64,000 bases of DNA. Source: a virus (lineage: Duplodnaviria > Heunggongvirae > Uroviricota > Caudoviricetes). The DNA lies in IMG/VR virus record IMGVR_UViG_3300028561_000525. One strand, given 5' to 3'. Below the pieces are notes generated by a model that had not been told where the DNA came from, ran no database searches, and saw only the letters and a program-made list of their open reading frames with translations. Shown here one piece after another: positions 61,989 to 64,000 of the stretch (the first letter of the stretch is position 1; each line of letters begins with the position of its first letter). The position numbers and the translations under genes are program-made.

Positions 61989-64000
61989 TTATGCGCACGC
62001 AGATTCACTACAATTCAAGCAGGTTTTACATCCTTCAACCAAAATAACGGAATATGTACCACATTTGGTACAGAATAGCCTATCATCCAGATGGGCATCT
62101 TTTTCTTCCTTACCATCGTTGAGGTAATATCTTTCCAGTAATTTCGCTAACGCATCCGGAATACTCAAAATCTGGACGGGTTTATTGTCTGTTTCTTCAA
62201 ATCTTGTCCACGTTGCTCTTTCAGAATAAATTCCTTTCATAGTCTTTATAACAGAATCCAATGGAACCCCGTGTTGTAAAGCAATGGATATCACTCTTCC
62301 AAGGGCTTCACCGAAAACATTGAACAGTTGCCCGGATTTCCCCATTGACATAAAGATTTCAATGGGTCTGTTATTGTGGGATGTAATTGTCACATATAGT
62401 TTTCCGTTTCCGGTTTCGATGGTGTAGACCTGACCGGGCAATTTGGACGGTCTTTTGAAATTGGATTGAACTTCTATGCCACCCTTACTGAAGGTAATCG
62501 GTTGGGATTGTCTGCAACCATCCCTGTAGATTGTAATGCCCTTCAGACCCTCATTATACGCGTATTTGTATAGTTCTGATATTTCTTCTTTGGTCGTAGT
62601 ATTCGGAAGGTTTACCGTGCTGGATATTCCGGATGAGCAATGTCTCTGTAATCCCGCCTGCATATCTATACGGTCTTTATACTTTATATCGTGGGCGGTG
62701 ACAAATACATCCCTCACTTTCTTTGGGATACCGTGTAATCCTTTCAACGAGCCACCGTTTGCGGATATTTTCTCCATCAATGTTTCGTTGTACCATTCTT
62801 CTTTTTCAAACCTTTTTTTGAATACGGGATTTATGATGTTGATTTTTTCTCCGGTTTCAACGAGGGTTTTCTGAAAGACAAGTCCAAAAGATGGTTCAAT
62901 TCCGTAGGAAGCATCTGCTGTGAGTGCGGTTGTTCCGGTTGGGGGGCAAGTAGTAAACTGGACATTTCTCAATCCGTGTTTTTTCACTTTCGCCATTACC
63001 TTTTCATTTCCGCCTATGTGGTCTGACACAATTCTCTCCACATCCTCTTTTACGAGGTCGTAGTTTTCGAACTTGCCCTTTTTGGCTGCCAGCTCCACAC
63101 TCTTTTCTACACAGGCGGTTGTTATTGTTTTCATTATGTCGGCAGCAAATTGTATTCCTTCGTTACTATCATATTTTATGTCGAGTTCAAACATTGCATC
63201 TGACAGACCCATTATACCTATACCTACAGGACGATATTTCAATACATTGACCCTGAATCTTTCATCGGGGAATGACATTTTATCAATGATATTATCCATC
63301 AACCCCATTACATCATAAGATACCTTATATAGGGCGTCAAAATCAAATTTTCCGTCTTTACAGAATTTTGCTACATTGATGGAACTCAGGTTACAGGAAG
63401 TGAAGGGCCAAAGTGGTTGTTCACCACAGGGATTTGTACTTTCCACAAGAGTAATTTTTCGGAGTGGGTTGTCCTCATTTATAGTGTCAATAAACAATAC
63501 GCCCGGCTCAGCACTTTTCCACGCCATTTCTGCCAGTTTATCCCACACTTCTGATGGAATGACTTCTCCCGTCATTATCCCATCTGCCGGGCTTACCAAT
63601 TGATACGGTGTATTCTGTTCCAGCGATTTCATAAAACCGTCTGTAATAGAAACAGAGATGTTCATATTGCTGAGCCGTCCGTCAATTTCTTTACAGGTAA
63701 TGAACTCCATAATGTCGGGGTGCCAAACCGGCATACAACATAATATAGCTGCTCGTCTTGCTCTGCCTCCACTTTTTGTTGTTTCACCTACAGCATCATA
63801 AAGTTTCATAAAGCTGATGGGCCCGGATGATTTACCTGTTGGTGGGGCATCCGGTTTTCCTTCATAGATGTGGGCATCTCTTGCTCTCAAATTTCCTATT
63901 GGAATACCGATGCCAGCACCGTGTTGGAAAATTCTCCTTGCAACATTTGCAATGTCATAGATACTGTTCATCGTATCTTCCAGACCCACAACCCAACAAG
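61989..64000 (-). CDS. nrdJ: class II (B12-dependent) ribonucleotide reductase; N-terminus probably beyond the window end
   Basis: NPCGEQPLWPFTSCNLSSINV active-site Cys motifs. C-terminal CTKCG...CKTCLNC zinc ribbon. Confidence 0.8.
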   Translation of the reverse strand, partial: CWVVGLEDTMNSIYDIANVARRIFQHGAGIGIPIGNLRARDAHIYEGKPDAPPTGKSSGPISFMKLYDAVGETTKSGGRARRAAILCCMPVWHPDIMEFITCKEIDGRLSNMNISVSITDGFMKSLEQNTPYQLVSPADGIMTGEVIPSEVWDKLAEMAWKSAEPGVLFIDTINEDNPLRKITLVESTNPCGEQPLWPFTSCNLSSINVAKFCKDGKFDFDALYKVSYDVMGLMDNIIDKMSFPDERFRVNVLKYRPVGIGIMGLSDAMFELDIKYDSNEGIQFAADIMKTITTACVEKSVELAAKKGKFENYDLVKEDVERIVSDHIGGNEKVMAKVKKHGLRNVQFTTCPPTGTTALTADASYGIEPSFGLVFQKTLVETGEKINIINPVFKKRFEKEEWYNETLMEKISANGGSLKGLHGIPKKVRDVFVTAHDIKYKDRIDMQAGLQRHCSSGISSTVNLPNTTTKEEISELYKYAYNEGLKGITIYRDGCRQSQPITFSKGGIEVQSNFKRPSKLPGQVYTIETGNGKLYVTITSHNNRPIEIFMSMGKSGQLFNVFGEALGRVISIALQHGVPLDSVIKTMKGIYSERATWTRFEETDNKPVQILSIPDALAKLLERYYLNDGKEEKDAHLDDRLFCTKCGTYSVILVEGCKTCLNCSESACA

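Noticed and set aside
1-64000. CRISPR array or cas genes
   Set aside because: No direct-repeat/spacer periodicity was seen. The only tandem repeats are short coding repeats at 47850-47900, 55480-55530 and 6895-6965.

Overview
The window reads as a segment of a large phage or prophage genome of a Gram-negative host. Supporting points: a Pal/OmpA-type lipoprotein, spanin-like lipoproteins, sigma70-type promoters, roughly 40% GC and an AGR-rich Arg codon choice. The centre (~7.1-57.9 kb) is almost entirely plus-strand. It holds more than 150 mostly small ORFs (50-150 aa) in tightly coupled operons with many ATGA stop/start overlaps. It is punctuated by six near-identical promoters of the form TTGACA-N17-TA(T/G/A)AAT with a TGG extended -10. 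Recognisable functions there: SPFH/prohibitin-like protein, SLT lytic transglycosylase, Amidase_3 endolysin, an HslV-like Ntn peptidase, a radical-SAM enzyme next to a PD-(D/E)xK nuclease, a pyrimidine-dimer glycosylase-like protein, a DNA methyltransferase flanked by three tRNA-Arg genes (TCT, CCT, ACG), an FmdB zinc ribbon, a GT2 enzyme and a DUF4326 protein. Both ends are minus-strand blocks. The left block has an IS607-type TnpA remnant, a CMP-nonulosonic-acid synthetase plus GT2/GT4/GT2 plus class-IV aminotransferase glycan module, and a dCMP deaminase. The right block has class II ribonucleotide reductase, a DnaG-type primase, an ePK-like kinase fused to a SAM methyltransferase (WbdD-like), and a glycosyltransferase-like protein. 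The most striking unexplained features are: (i) at least 12 otherwise unrelated small proteins, in several paralog families, that all end in the same acidic-hydrophobic tail L-D/P-E/D-x-L-F-E/K/T-I/V(-E); (ii) a ~570-bp GC-rich ORF-free tract (49546-50114) about 0.9 kb upstream of the tRNA cluster, which is a candidate large structured RNA; (iii) the three Arg isoacceptor tRNAs bracketing a DNA methyltransferase; (iv) a promoter and operator hub at 19.75-20.19 kb. No CRISPR array, rRNA or integrase was seen.
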